A stretch of DNA of 64,000 bases from Gordius albopunctatus (Eukaryota). The notes under the pieces were generated by a model. That model saw only the letters and a program-made list of their open reading frames with translations, searched no databases and was not told the origin of the DNA. This document shows positions 35,639-50,232 of the stretch, piece after piece. Position numbers and translations under genes: made by a program. The DNA is taken from the NCBI GenBank assembly GCA_964276515.1, contig OZ193910.1:1426001-1490000 (forward strand), read 5' to 3'. The stretch's first letter is position 1, and each line of letters opens with the position of its first letter.

Positions 35639-38600
35639 TGTAACGAAGTGGCCGGCTGGTAGAACCCTAAGCTCCCGTATACTAGGCTCCCGTATAACAC
35701 TAACTCCGATTCTAAACCAAGAGACTAAGTCAAAAGATAGAGACTGTTTTATTAGGTGGATAAGGCTTTATATACACATAGCGAAAGACATATATAAAAG
35801 TAGTAATCAATTAAGAGATAATGTACGGTGTAAACTAAGGTATATTCAAATGGCTAAGCGTATATTCAATTATCTGTGACCGCGCTCAAGTATAGGAAAA
35901 ACGCGTGTATTCAAATTGCAACCTTAAATGCGGCTACACTACACTTCTCCTTCCTTTAAGCGGAACCTTGAGGATATCTGACAGTTGGCACCGATACTCT
36001 TTTATAGGAAAGTATGAAATCGCTTTGACCAACAAGCGCGAGCCAGGTGGTTTGGTTTACCACACCTATAACATATTATTTTCTTGTTGTTCCTAAAGGT
36101 GCTAAGATTAAGAACATTTCTTAAAAAAAATATTATAATTATTAGTCAAATTCCTAGTTGGATATTTTTTATCCAGATGTAATGTCCAAATCGTTAAACT
36201 ATCAATATCCTTTGGATAAATTTGACTTTTTAATTCACTCAGGTGGGTCGTGACTATATAAGCTAGCAACACCAATTTTCTCAAATCTCCGTCAATTTTT
36301 CTAAGACGAAAGATTAATTCCAATTGATATAAATAATCATCAATATTTTTAGTTGAATCATATGGTGTAATATCTCTAACCCAACCAAGAGAATTCCCGG
36401 AATCTGATTCGAATTTTGAACCAAACCAAGAGAATTTCCGGAATCTGATTCCAATTTTGAATTCACATCGGACTTCTTCTTGGTCATTTTGATTAACAAA
36501 GGCTAGCGGCACTCATTATGGAGTATCCCATCCTCGTCGCCAAATGTAACGAAGTGGCCGGCTGGTAGAACCCTAAGCTCCCGTATACTAGGCTCCCGTA
36601 TAACACTAACTCCGATTCTAAACCAAGAGACTAAGTCAAAAGACAGAGACTGTTTTATTAGGTGGATAAGGCTTTATATACACATAGCGAAAGACATATA
36701 TAAAAGTAGTAATCAATTAAGAGATAATGTACGGTGTAAACTAAGGTATATTCAAATGGCTAAGCGTATATTCAATTATCTGTGACCGCGCTCAAGTATA
36801 GGAAAAACGCGTGTATTCAAATTGCAACCTTAAATGCGGCTACACTACACTTCTCCTTCCTTTAAGCGGAACCTTGAGGATATCTGACAGTTGGCACCGA
36901 TACTCTTTTATGGGAAAGTATGAAATCGCTTTAACAAGCGCGAGCCAGGTGGTTTGGTTTACCACACCTATAACATATTATTTTCTTGTTGTTCCTAAAG
37001 GTGCTAAGATTAAGAACATTTCTTAAAAAAAATATTATAATTATTAGTCAAATTCCTAGTTGGATATTTTTTATCCAGATGTAATGTCCAAATCGTTAAA
37101 CTATCAATATCCTTTGGATAAATTTGACTTTTTAATTCACTCAGGTGGGTCGTGCCTATATAAGCTAGCAACACCAATTTTCTCAAATCTCCGTCAATTT
37201 TTCTAAGACGAAAGATTAATTCCAATTGATATAAATAATCATCAATATTTTTAGTTGAATCATATGGTGTAATATCTCTAACCCAACCAAGAGAATTCCC
37301 GGAATCTGATTCGAATTTTGAACCAAACCAAGAGAATTTCCGGAATCTGATTCCAATTTTGAATTCACATCGGACTTCTTCTTGGTCATTTTGATTAACA
37401 AAGGCTAGCGGCACTCATTATGGAGTATCCCATCCTCGTCGCCAAATGTAACGAAGTTGCCGATCACATCCTCGTCGCCAAATGTAACGAAGTGGCCGAC
37501 TGGTAGAACCCTAAGCTCCCGTATACTAAGCTCCCGTATAACACTAACTCCGATTCTAAACCAAGAGACTAAGTCAAAAGACAGAGACTGTTTTATTAGG
37601 TGGATAAGGCTTTATATACACATAGCGAAAGACATATATAAAAGTAGTAATCAATTAAGAGATAATGTACGGTGTAAACTAAGGTATATTCAAATGGCTA
37701 AGCGTATATTCAATTATCTGTGACCGCGCTCAAGTATAGGAAAAACGCGTGTATTCAAATTGCAACCTTAAATGCGGCTACACTACACTTCTCCTTCCTT
37801 TAAGCGGAACCTTGAGGATATCTGACAGTTGGCACCGATACTCTTTTATAGGAAAGTATGAAATCGCTTTGACCAACAAGCGCGAGCCAGGTGGTTTGGT
37901 TTACCACACCTATAACATATTATTTTCTTGTTGTTCCTAAAGGTGCTAATATTAAAAACATTTCTTAAAAAAAATATTATAATTATTAGTCAAATTCCTA
38001 GTTGGATATTTTTTATCCAGATGTAATGTCCAAATCGTTAAACTATCAATATCCTTTGGATAAATTTGACTTTTTAATTCACTCAGGTGGGTCGTGCCTA
38101 TATAAGCTAGCAACACCAATTTTCTCAAATCTCCGTCAATTTTTCTAAGACGAAAGATTAATTCCAATTGATATAAATAATCATCAATATTTTTAGTTGA
38201 ATCATATGGTGTAATATCTCTAACCCAACCAAGAGAATTCCCGGAATCTGATTCGAATTTTGAACCAAACCAAGAGAATTTCCGGAATCTGATTCCAATT
38301 TTGAATTCACATCGGACTTCTTCTTGGTCATTTTGATTAACAAAGGCTAGCGGCACTCATTATGGAGTATCCCATCCTCGTCGCCAAATGTAACGAAGTT
38401 GCCGATCACATCCTCGTCGCCAAATGTAACGAAGTGGCCGACTGGTAGAACCCTAAGCTCCCGTATACTAAGCTCCCGTATAACACTAACTCCGATTCTA
38501 AACCAAGAGACTAAGTCAAAAGACAGAGACTGTTTTATTAGGTGGATAAGGCTTTATATACACATAGCGAAAGACATATATAAAAGTAGTAATCAATTAA

Positions 38601-41600
38601 GAGATAATGTACGGTGTAAACTAAGGTATATTCAAATGGCTAAGCGTATATTCAATTATCTGTGACCGCGCTCAAGTATAGGAAAAACGCGTGTATTCAA
38701 ATTGCAACCTTAAATGCGGCTACACTACACTTCTCCTTCCTTTAAGCGGAACCTTGAGGATATCTGACAGTTGGCACCGATACTCTTTTATAGGAAAGTA
38801 TGAAATCGCTTTGACCAACAAGCGCGAGCCAGGTGGTTTGGTTTACCACACCTATAACATATTATTTTCTTGTTGTTCCTAAAGGTGCTAAGATTAAAAA
38901 CATTTCTTAAAAAAAATATTATAATTATTAGTCAAATTCCTAGTTGGATATTTTTTATCCAGATGTAATGTCCAAATCGTTAAACTATCAATATCCTTTG
39001 GATAAATTTGACTTTTTAATTCACTCAGGTGGGTCGTGCCTATATAAGCTAGCAACACCAATTTTCTCAAATCTCCGTCAATTTTTCTAAGACGAAAGAT
39101 TAATTCCAATTGATATAAATAATCATCAATATTTTTAGTTGAATCATATGGTGTAATATCTCTAACCCAACCAAGAGAATTCCCGGAATCTGATTCGAAT
39201 TTTGAACCAAACCAAGAGAATTTCCGGAATCTGATTCCAATTTTGAATTCACATCGGACTTCTTCTTGGTCATTTTGATTAACAAAGGCTAGCGGCACTC
39301 ATTATGGAGTATCCCATCCTCGTCGCCAAATGTAACGAAGTTGCCGATCACATCCTCGTCGCCAAATGTAACGAAGTGGCCGACTGGTAGAACCCTAAGC
39401 TCCCGTATACTAAGCTCCCGTATAACACTAACTCCGATTCTAAACCAAGAGACTAAGTCAAAAGACAGAGACTGTTTTATTAGGTGGATAAGGCTTTATA
39501 TACACATAGCGAAAGACATATATAAAAGTAGTAATCAATTAAGAGATAATGTACGGTGTAAACTAAGGTATATTCAAATGGCTAAGCGTATATTCAATTA
39601 TCTGTGACCGCGCTCAAGTATAGGAAAAACGCGTGTATTCAAATTGCAACCTTAAATGCGGCTACACTACACTTCTCCTTCCTTTAAGCGGAACCTTGAG
39701 GATATCTGACAGTTGGCACCGATACTCTTTTATAGGAAAGTATGAAATCGCTTTGACCAACAAGCGCGAGCCAGGTGGTTTGGTTTACCACACCTATAAC
39801 ATATTATTTTCTTGTTGTTCCTAAAGGTGCTAATATTAAAAACATTTCTTAAAAAAAATATTATAATTATTAGTCAAATTCCTAGTTGGATATTTTTTAT
39901 CCAGATGTAATGTCCAAATCGTTAAACTATCAATATCCTTTGGATAAATTTGACTTTTTAATTCACTCAGGTGGGTCGTGCCTATATAAGCTAGCAACAC
40001 CAATTTTCTCAAATCTCCGTCAATTTTTCTAAGACGAAAGATTAATTCCAATTGATATAAATAATCATCAATATTTTTAGTTGAATCATATGGTGTAATA
40101 TCTCTAACCCAACCAAGAGAATTCCCGGAATCTGATTCGAATTTTGAACCAAACCAAGAGAATTTCCGGAATCTGATTCCAATTTTGAATTCACATCGGA
40201 CTTCTTCTTGGTCATTTTGATTAACAAAGGCTAGCGGCACTCATTATGGAGTATCCCATCCTCGTCGCCAAATGTAACGAAGTTGCCGATCACATCCTCG
40301 TCGCCAAATGTAACGAAGTGGCCGACTGGTAGAACCCTAAGCTCCCGTATACTAAGCTCCCGTATAACACTAACTCCGATTCTAAACCAAGAGACTAAGT
40401 CAAAAGACAGAGACTGTTTTATTAGGTGGATAAGGCTTTATATACACATAGCGAAAGACATATATAAAAGTAGTAATCAATTAAGAGATAATGTACGGTG
40501 TAAACTAAGGTATATTCAAATGGCTAAGCGTATATTCAATTATCTGTGACCGCGCTCAAGTATAGGAAAAACGCGTGTATTCAAATTGCAACCTTAAATG
40601 CGGCTACACTACACTTCTCCTTCCTTTAAGCGGAACCTTGAGGATATCTGACAGTTGGCACCGATACTCTTTTATAGGAAAGTATGAAATCGCTTTGACC
40701 AACAAGCGCGAGCCAGGTGGTTTGGTTTACCACACCTATAACATATTATTTTCTTGTTGTTCCTAAAGGTGCTAAGATTAAAAACATTTCTTAAAAAAAA
40801 TATTATAATTATTAGTCAAATTCCTAGTTGGATATTTTTTATCCAGATGTAATGTCCAAATCGTTAAACTATCAATATCCTTTGGATAAATTTGACTTTT
40901 TAATTCACTCAGGTGGGTCGTGCCTATATAAGCTAGCAACACCAATTTTCTCAAATCTCCGTCAATTTTTCTAAGACGAAAGATTAATTCCAATTGATAT
41001 AAATAATCATCAATATTTTTAGTTGAATCATATGGTGTAATATCTCTAACCCAACCAAGAGAATTCCCGGAATCTGATTCGAATTTTGAACCAAACCAAG
41101 AGAATTTCCGGAATCTGATTCCAATTTTGAATTCACATCGGACTTCTTCTTGGTCATTTTGATTAACAAAGGCTAGCGGCACTCATTATGGAGTATCCCA
41201 TCCTCGTCGCCAAATGTAACGAAGTTGCCGATCACATCCTCGTCGCCAAATGTAACGAAGTGGCCGACTGGTAGAACCCTAAGCTCCCGTATACTAAGCT
41301 CCCGTATAACACTAACTCCGATTCTAAACCAAGAGACTAAGTCAAAAGACAGAGACTGTTTTATTAGGTGGATAAGGCTTTATATACACATAGCGAAAGA
41401 CATATATAAAAGTAGTAATCAATTAAGAGATAATGTACGGTGTAAACTAAGGTATATTCAAATGGCTAAGCGTATATTCAATTATCTGTGACCGCGCTCA
41501 AGTATAGGAAAAACGCGTGTATTCAAATTGCAACCTTAAATGCGGCTACACTACACTTCTCCTTCCTTTAAGCGGAACCTTGAGGATATCTGACAGTTGG

Positions 41601-44301
41601 CACCGATACTCTTTTATAGGAAAGTATGAAATCGCTTTGACCAACAAGCGCGAGCCAGGTGGTTTGGTTTACCACACCTATAACATATTATTTTCTTGTT
41701 GTTCCTAAAGGTGCTAAGATTAAAAACATTTCTTAAAAAAAATATTATAATTATTAGTCAAATTCCTAGTTGGATATTTTTTATCCAGATGTAATGTCCA
41801 AATCGTTAAACTATCAATATCCTTTGGATAAATTTGACTTTTTAATTCACTCAGGTGGGTCGTGCCTATATAAGCTAGCAACACCAATTTTCTCAAATCT
41901 CCGTCAATTTTTCTAAGACGAAAGATTAATTCCAATTGATATAAATAATCATCAATATTTTTAGTTGAATCATATGGTGTAATATCTCTAACCCAACCAA
42001 GAGAATTCCCGGAATCTGATTCGAATTTTGAACCAAACCAAGAGAATTTCCGGAATCTGATTCCAATTTTGAATTCACATCGGACTTCTTCTTGGTCATT
42101 TTGATTAACAAAGGCTAGCGGCACTCATTATGGAGTATCCCATCCTCGTCGCCAAATGTAACGAAGTTGCCGATCACATCCTCGTCGCCAAATGTAACGA
42201 AGTGGCCGACTGGTAGAACCCTAAGCTCCCGTATACTAAGCTCCCGTATAACACTAACTCCGATTCTAAACCAAGAGACTAAGTCAAAAGACAGAGACTG
42301 TTTTATTAGGTGGATAAGGCTTTATATACACATAGCGAAAGACATATATAAAAGTAGTAATCAATTAAGAGATAATGTACGGTGTAAACTAAGGTATATT
42401 CAAATGGCTAAGCGTATATTCAATTATCTGTGACCGCGCTCAAGTATAGGAAAAACGCGTGTATTCAAATTGCAACCTTAAATGCGGCTACACTACACTT
42501 CTCCTTCCTTTAAGCGGAACCTTGAGGATATCTGACAGTTGGCACCGATACTCTTTTATAGGAAAGTATGAAATCGCTTTGACCAACAAGCGCGAGCCAG
42601 GTGGTTTGGTTTACCACACCTATAACATATTATTTTCTTGTTGTTCCTAAAGGTGCTAAGATTAAAAACATTTCTTAAAAAAAATATTATAATTATTAGT
42701 CAAATTCCTAGTTGGATATTTTTTATCCAGATGTAATGTCCAAATCGTTAAACTATCAATATCCTTTGGATAAATTTGACTTTTTAATTCACTCAGGTGG
42801 GTCGTGCCTATATAAGCTAGCAACACCAATTTTCTCAAATCTCCGTCAATTTTTCTAAGACGAAAGATTAATTCCAATTGATATAAATAATCATCAATAT
42901 TTTTAGTTGAATCATATGGTGTAATATCTCTAACCCAACCAAGAGAATTCCCGGAATCTGATTCGAATTTTGAACCAAACCAAGAGAATTTCCGGAATCT
43001 GATTCCAATTTTGAATTCACATCGGACTTCTTCTTGGTCATTTTGATTAACAAAGGCTAGCGGCACTCATTATGGAGTATCCCATCCTCGTCGCCAAATG
43101 TAACGAAGTTGCCGATCACATCCTCGTCGCCAAATGTAACGAAGTGGCCGACTGGTAGAACCCTAAGCTCCCGTATACTAAGCTCCCGTATAACACTAAC
43201 TCCGATTCTAAACCAAGAGACTAAGTCAAAAGACAGAGACTGTTTTATTAGGTGGATAAGGCTTTATATACACATAGCGAAAGACATATATAAAAGTAGT
43301 AATCAATTAAGAGATAATGTACGGTGTAAACTAAGGTATATTCAAATGGCTAAGCGTATATTCAATTATCTGTGACCGCGCTCAAGTATAGGAAAAACGC
43401 GTGTATTCAAATTGCAACCTTAAATGCGGCTACACTACACTTCTCCTTCCTTTAAGCGGAACCTTGAGGATATCTGACAGTTGGCACCGATACTCTTTTA
43501 TAGGAAAGTATGAAATCGCTTTGACCAACAAGCGCGAGCCAGGTGGTTTGGTTTACCACACCTATAACATATTATTTTCTTGTTGTTCCTAAAGGTGCTA
43601 ATATTAAAAACATTTCTTAAAAAAAATATTATAATTATTAGACAAATTCCTAGTTGGATATTTTTTATCCAGATGTAATGTCCAAATCGTTAAACTATCA
43701 ATATCCTTTGGATAAATTTGACTTTTTAATTCACTCAGGTGGGTCGTGCCTATATAAGCTAGCAACACCAATTTTCTCAAATCTCCGTCAATTTTTCTAA
43801 GACGAAAGATTAATTCCAATTGATATAAATAATCATCAATATTTTTAGTTGAATCATATGGTGTAATATCTCTAACCCAACCAAGAGAATTCCCGGAATC
43901 TGATTCGAATTTTGAACCAAACCAAGAGAATTTCCGGAATCTGATTCCAATTTTGAATTCACATCGGACTTCTTCTTGGTCATTTTGATTAACAAAGGCT
44001 AGCGGCACTCATTATGGAGTATCCCATCCTCGTCGCCAAATGTAACGAAGTTGCCGATCACATCCTCGTCGCCAAATGTAACGAAGTGGCCGACTGGTAG
44101 AACCCTAAGCTCCCGTATACTAAGCTCCCGTATAACACTAACTCCGATTCTAAACCAAGAGACTAAGTCAAAAGACAGAGACTGTTTTATTAGGTGGATA
44201 AGGCTTTATATACACATAGCGAAAGACATGAAAGTAGTAATCAATTACGAGATAATGTACGCTGTAAACTAAGGTATATTCAAATGGCTAAGTGTATATT
44301 C
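35639..44301 (-). repeat. Tandem array of a non-autonomous mini LTR retroelement: 10 LTRs (last truncated) alternating with 9 internal segments; unit 906, 938, then 942 bp
   Basis: 305-bp LTR TGTAAC...CTACA (first copy 35639-35943). PPT AAAGGAAGGAGAAG on -. PBS TGGCGACGAGGATGGGAT matches the tRNA-Ser(GCU) 3' end as I recall it. The internal segment carries a gag N-terminal fragment (IDDYLYQLELIF...VLLAYIG) similar to the gag at 50396-50832. ORF periodicity is 942 bp. Confidence 0.95.
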
Positions 44302-46455
44302 TTATAGGCGCCTTTTTGAACTTTTTTTGTCAATGCTTAAACAATCATTTATTTATATAGTGAAAATGTTCAATATTAATCATTATAAATATATTAGTCT
44401 TTTAATAGTTACTTCTGAATTATCAGCTGTTCGGCAGTCTATGGTATTATTAGTCTATGGTTATGATCCTCTTTATTTAAAAAAACTTTTCAAATCCTAT
44501 CATTTATAAATGACAAGATCTATAAATGAATATTTATGCGTTCATTAAACATTGATTTATTTTAATATCCCACCTCTTTAAGACAGTATATAAACAAGCA
44601 CTAACGCTTAAAAAATCATTTATAATTATTTATTACGATACTCTTCTTTACTCTCATCTCTATAAATTCTTATATAGATAACCTTATATCAATTAGGTAG
44701 TAAGTTTGTTCCATGTAGTGTATGTAATATTCAATAACTAAACACATTAAAAAGTATAAGTCTTTTTTTAATATTCATATCTTTTTTATATATTCGCAAT
44801 AATACATATATTATATATATGAATATGAAAACTCATTACAATTGGTAATTTTTTATTAATAACAAATCTTATATAAAATTTAATTCATTCGCTAGCTAAT
44901 CTATATCATATTATATTGCCAATTTAAAATGTATATATACATACATTTAGTACATATATAGATATATTTAATATCTATATGTTTTATAATATAATATTAT
45001 ATATATTGAAATAACATTAGCACATTTAGTTATTAAATTAAGGCCAATTATTATATCATTTAAATAATTTCACCTATAACTTATTATTATAATTAAGAAA
45101 TATTTTAAAATATCTATTTCTTATAACCTTACTATATAATGCATTACTTTATTCAATTATATTTTTTTTTAAATATTTAAGATATATGTCTTATTTGTGT
45201 CGTAAGTGAGCTGCGTTATATTTCAGTTGAACTGGATCCTCGGACCACTTCTGTTCAAAATCTAATATATGCAAAAACGAATATTGGCAAAATCTAATAT
45301 AAGCAAAACCAAATATGTGCGAAATCCCCGAAATAAATTTTAACGTATTCTCCCGCATTTTATACAAATCCCAGCTGAAATGTTTTCCACTCTTCCGTCT
45401 GAAATTTTTACATTTACGAATTTTTATAATGCAAAGATATAGCGTACCCAATGCAAGCACTAATGCTGTAAAGTATTCCCAGGGCCTCAATATTAGGTCA
45501 GAAAGTAATAGATAACATGATTTTTTATATGTTTGGAAATTTTTACAATCTTTATATTATGTTGCTTAGGCCTCCCACGTATAATACTACCCAATGCAAG
45601 CACTAATCCTGCAAGATATTCCCAGGGCCTCACTATTAGGCCAGAAAGTAATAGATAACATGATTTTTTGTATGTTTGGAAATTTTTTGTTTTAAATTTT
45701 TACAATCTTAATTTTAAAATTTTTCAGGCCAGCTGGACTCTTCTCTACGGGATGCCTTGCTCCTGTTCGATGCCACAAACCAAATGCGTGAAGATGGTGA
45801 AGGTAAATAATTTTTAAAGCCTATATAATATTTCATTTCATAGTGGCATCGCCAGAGTATATCCGTTCTCAAAAGGGAGGCCCGATTTTGTATTATTTTT
45901 CATATCTATATATGAAGAGGAGTATAACCAAAGGCAAGACCTGTTATGGATGCCGCAGCTCCACCTGTCCTGCTATCGCCACTAAATTTAATGGGCAAGT
46001 CGTTGCCAAACGGCAGCACAATCATGAACCTCCTAGGGAAGAGTATGAAGCCCTGGTGACCAAGTCGAGACTTAAAGAAGCTGTTGTTGCTAACCCTACT
46101 GTGAAAATTAGTAGGATTTATCATCAGACTCTAAGTTCTCGACTTCGTGAGGTTCGTGACTTGTCTGACTTCCCATTGGCTACTCCCCCTTTGAAGGCGG
46201 TACGATACACGATGAAGAGGGCTCGGCCTAACAGGCAACCCATTCCCTCTGATAGAAGCCGGATCCGTTTGACGGAGGCCCAAACCGTGGCTCCTAATAA
46301 CGAGCCGTTCCTATTATGGAATGACAATAACGACCTTCGCTCCTCAAGGTTTTGTGCCAGGTACCTTCCATTTATATGGATGGTACCTTTAAAGTCTGTC
46401 CTACACACTTTTATCAAGTATATATATCGAATGCCTAATTAATGTATATAATATA

Positions 46456-47768
46456 TAGAGATGCACCGATACCAAGTATCGGCATGGTATCGGCGCCGAT
46501 ACTTTGCCAAAAGTATTTGCCGATACATTGCTAGTATCGGCAATTACCAAGCCGATACCTTTTTCAATATGAAACTCAAAAAATAATATTTATAGTATCT
46601 CCTACCATTAAAAAATAGAGGACTTTTTAAATTTTTTTAAAATTGTTTCATTTGATTGGCTATAAATATTTCTATGTTGAGTATAATAAACTCATTCACC
46701 ATCTGTTCCGAATAACTCCGCTTTTAAGTAAATATTATTTTAAAAATTATTATATATTAAGCCTTAAATGGGTTCTTTAGATACACTATGGAGTTATTTT
46801 GTTGTGTCAGCAGATGAAAATATTGTAATCTGTGAATTATGCAAAGCTAAAATAAGTCGTGGGGGCAAAGACAAAGATTCCGTTAATACTTCAAATTTAA
46901 GGAAACATTTAAAAACTAGACATCCAATCGAATTTCGCAGTGTTCTTAAAAATTAAAGTGATATTAATACAAAAAAGATTAATTTGAATAAACAAAAACC
47001 AGCTTCTGGTATTCAATCTACATTAAAGGAAGTGATTGAGCTTAATAAAATGTGGGATAGTACACATAATAAAGCAGAGAGTATTACTCAATTAATTGCT
47101 GAAATGATTGCATTGGACTCACAAGTCACAACCCTTTTCAATTGTAGAAGATATTGGATTTAATAGATTAATAAAAAAATGTGTCCTAAATATTTCATTC
47201 CAAGTCGACGGTATTTTTCTGAAATTAGCCAGAAGATATCTAGGCCCACCACCAACAACAGTACCATCAGAATCATTATTCAGTATGATGAGTGGTGAGA
47301 TAGATTCTAATAGGAGAAGAAGGCTTCTTTCGGAGAAAATAGAACAATAAACAATTGTTGTTAAGTTGAACATAAGAGAACTAAATTTTCAATATTAGTT
47401 TTTAATTTAAGCATATTACACGTATATTTACTTTTTTATAAAATAAATTTATGTATTAATAAAATATAAAGTGTACCATAATAAAATTTAAATTTCTTTT
47501 TTGATCTATTAATTACAATACTTTTGAATTAATTAATAACAAAATTTATTATTATAAATTAATATTATATTACAATTGTTTTATCGTCAAAATTCTGATC
47601 TACCAAAATTTGGATGTGACTTAATTTATAATATTTAATTTGCATATATTTTTTAGTATAAAAATTTTTTTATTATAAGTATCGGCATGGTATCGGTATC
47701 GGCAAAAAAATCTTAAGTATCGGCTGGTATTGGTATCGGCACAAAATAGTGGTATCGGTGCATCTCTA
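46456..47768 (+). mobile_element. Internally deleted hAT (BED-finger) transposon inserted in a MULE intron
   Basis: TIR TAGAGATGCACCGATACC / GGTATCGGTGCATCTCTA. BED finger LWSYF...CELC...TSNLRKHLKTRH (46768-46956) and dimerisation motif LARRYLGPPPTTVPSESLFS. AATATA on both flanks. Confidence 0.9.
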
Positions 47769-47995
47769 AATATAGCTTCATACAATTCATGGCTTTTACA
47801 AGGATCATATGATTCCTGCCGTGTATGTGTTTATGCCGGATCGGAAGCGAGAGACGTATTGCAGAGTGTTTGAAAAATTGAAGGATTAATGTTTGGAATT
47901 CAATTTGCAATTCAATCCATCATTTATCCAGATTGATTTTGAACGCTCTGCAAATAGTGCTCTTCGGATCTGCTTTCCAAACGCCGTTATAAAAG

Positions 47996-48473
47996 TGTGG
48001 TAATTCGATTGATTTATCGCTTGATTTATTCGATTACTTGAACCGAAGCTATTATGATTGAGGATTGTTGTTGTTGGTGTTGATGTTGTTGTGTATGACT
48101 GAGGAGATGCACCGTGGTATAAAAGAACAGAAAGCAATATATACACTCATTCACTTACTCACTTACACTCTCTTCCCCACTCATTCACAAATTCACTAAT
48201 TCATTATTCACTACCATTTTGTACAATCGCTCACTTACTTACTTTTCACCTATGTTAACGTTGCCAATTCGCAGTTAATACGCCTATAACATTAGTCATT
48301 TAATTGTAATTATACCGTGTAAATTATATCTTGTTCGATTATCCTTGGAAATTATGTAAGTATTGATCCTGTAACATCTTTAAATAAAGTAGATATATTT
48401 ATTAGCTTAAAACAGTTTATATTAGTAGTAGATAATAAAGAGTTGGAATAGATTATAACAGGAGGTTATAACA
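47996..48473. mobile_element. Solo LTR (478 bp)
   Basis: TG...CA termini and 5-bp TSD AAAAG (47991-47995, 48474-48478); removing it restores the MULE exon/intron junction IKG|GT. Confidence 0.85.
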
Positions 48474-49884
48474 AAAAGGTAATATTAAACATGTCATGTT
48501 TAAATCGTATATTCAAGGTTGTCTATTCCATTTCTCCAGAGCCTTGTTAAGACGGGTTGACAAGCTGGAGTTTAAAAAAGCATATAATAATAATATTTTG
48601 ATAAGGAAATTGGTAAGAAGAATCGCAGCCTTTCCATTTTTAAGATATGAAGATGTCTTTTACGTTTATGAAGCATTTCGGAATGATCTTTTTGTCTCCC
48701 AACATGCGAAATTACGATCGTTTTTTAATTACGTTTATAAATCTTGGGTGAACCCCTCTGCGACATTTTCCTATGAAATGTGGCAGAGGTATGAGGCTGT
48801 TGGTCCTAGGACCAACAACCACCTTGAGGGGTATCATAAAGGTTTAAAGTCCCTTATTGGGAGCCGCACCCCGATATATACTTGTATTTCATTTTTAATG
48901 CAAAATAATGAAAAAACTCTGATCAATCTTCTACAAATTGATCAGGGTAATACACTATATTCGATTAATAAATGCGTTCGCGAAAAAAATGCACATATAC
49001 AAACATTACTCGCTTTATATTCTGATACTTCGCGGTATTATGATGTTTTTGATTACGTTGACAATATCGCGAAATTATTATCTTTTAATTATGATTCGCG
49101 GTATTGGAATTTTTTTAATATGGATATATCGCGCGCGTTTTTCAATAATGACACTGATAATGTCGACGGTTATAATAGGGACACTAGTGACTATACAGAC
49201 ACTAGTGACTCAGAATAAAATTTAATAATACTTATGTGTTCGTGATTGCTTCAGCCTTTTTGTAACCTTTTATTAAATACGATATTTCATGGAATTTGAA
49301 TATTCAATTTTACCTTAGGTGAAATAATTGCAGATTATTTATCTATTCAAAACAGTAAAAAAAGTTAGTTACCTTAATAAATTTACTGATGATTTTATCT
49401 ATTACGGTGACATTAAATACTCTATTGTACTTTCAAAATCATTGCTCAAAAATCTCGAGCCCTCTTAGCTTAACTTGTATAATTATTCAAACTGATTGAC
49501 CACCATCTTAAAATTACCGCATCACAGGATGAGTAACTGCGAAATTCAAATATGCTTTGGTAATATTTACTATTCCATCAGAACTCATTCTAAATCTAAA
49601 ATATTGTAATATTTAACAATGTTATGGATAATATGCAATAAATATATAAAATTATTCACATACCCTAAGAGGCAACCATACTTAGGTAAATGATTGCCAA
49701 ATTTTTAAATTTTTTGCAAAAATATATAACATTTACTACATTTATGTATTTTATAATACCAAATATATTTCATACATATTAATTAACACTTAATACCTCA
49801 AAAGTAAATCATGCAAATGATAAAATACTCAATAATTCATTAAAATCTAACGATCAATAAAAGTCGAGATCTCGCCGAAAATAT

Positions 49885-50232
49885 CTCGACCTCTCTTTAT
49901 TTCTAATAAGCTATATTATAATATTTAATTAGACAATCGATTATAATATAATAGCTTATGCATTTAAATATATTTCTGATTGTAGTTATATACATCTATA
50001 GTAATCAAATATCTAACCTCTCTTTATATAAATTTCTAATTAGCTTTATTATATACACACGAGTATTTTATTAGGTAATCGATTATAACATAATAGCTTA
50101 TGCATTTCAATATATTTCTGATTGTAGTTATATGCATCTATATCAATTAAATATCTAACCCTCTCTATATAAATTTCTAATTAGCTATATTATATATACA
50201 CGAATAGTTTATTAGGCAATCGGTTATAACAT
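49885..50232. repeat. About 3 copies of a ~120-bp AT-rich tandem repeat
   Basis: Recurrent CTCTCTTTAT...TTTCTAATTAGCT...AATCGATTATAA...TAGCTTATGCATTT motif. Confidence 0.7.

Larger units (their letters stand above)
45230..49218 (+). mobile_element. Degenerate intron-containing Mutator-like (MULE) transposase with FLYWCH-like domain, interrupted by a hAT element and a solo LTR
   Basis: SQKGGPILYYFSYLY...CRSSTCPA...HNH (45843 onward); FYMDGTFKVCP (~46370); LHTIHG...IDFE...FPNAVIKG (47776-47995); CLFHF...RTNNHLEGYH (48518 onward). Frameshifts present; element ends approximate. Confidence 0.85.

Noticed and set aside
36526..36542. tRNA-Ser gene
   Set aside because: Only the 3'-terminal ~18 nt including CCA are present next to an LTR, so it is a primer-binding site; no cloverleaf.
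35639..44301. CRISPR-like or multi-gene array interpretation of the repeated 61/63/88/134-aa ORFs
   Set aside because: Units are near-identical with no unique spacers, and the context is eukaryotic. The ORFs are LTR or antisense frames, or a frameshifted gag fragment.
45445..45690. ~143-bp direct duplication (a similar ~130-bp pair lies at 34480-34710)
   Set aside because: Simple local duplications in transposon-derived or AT-rich DNA with no further structure.
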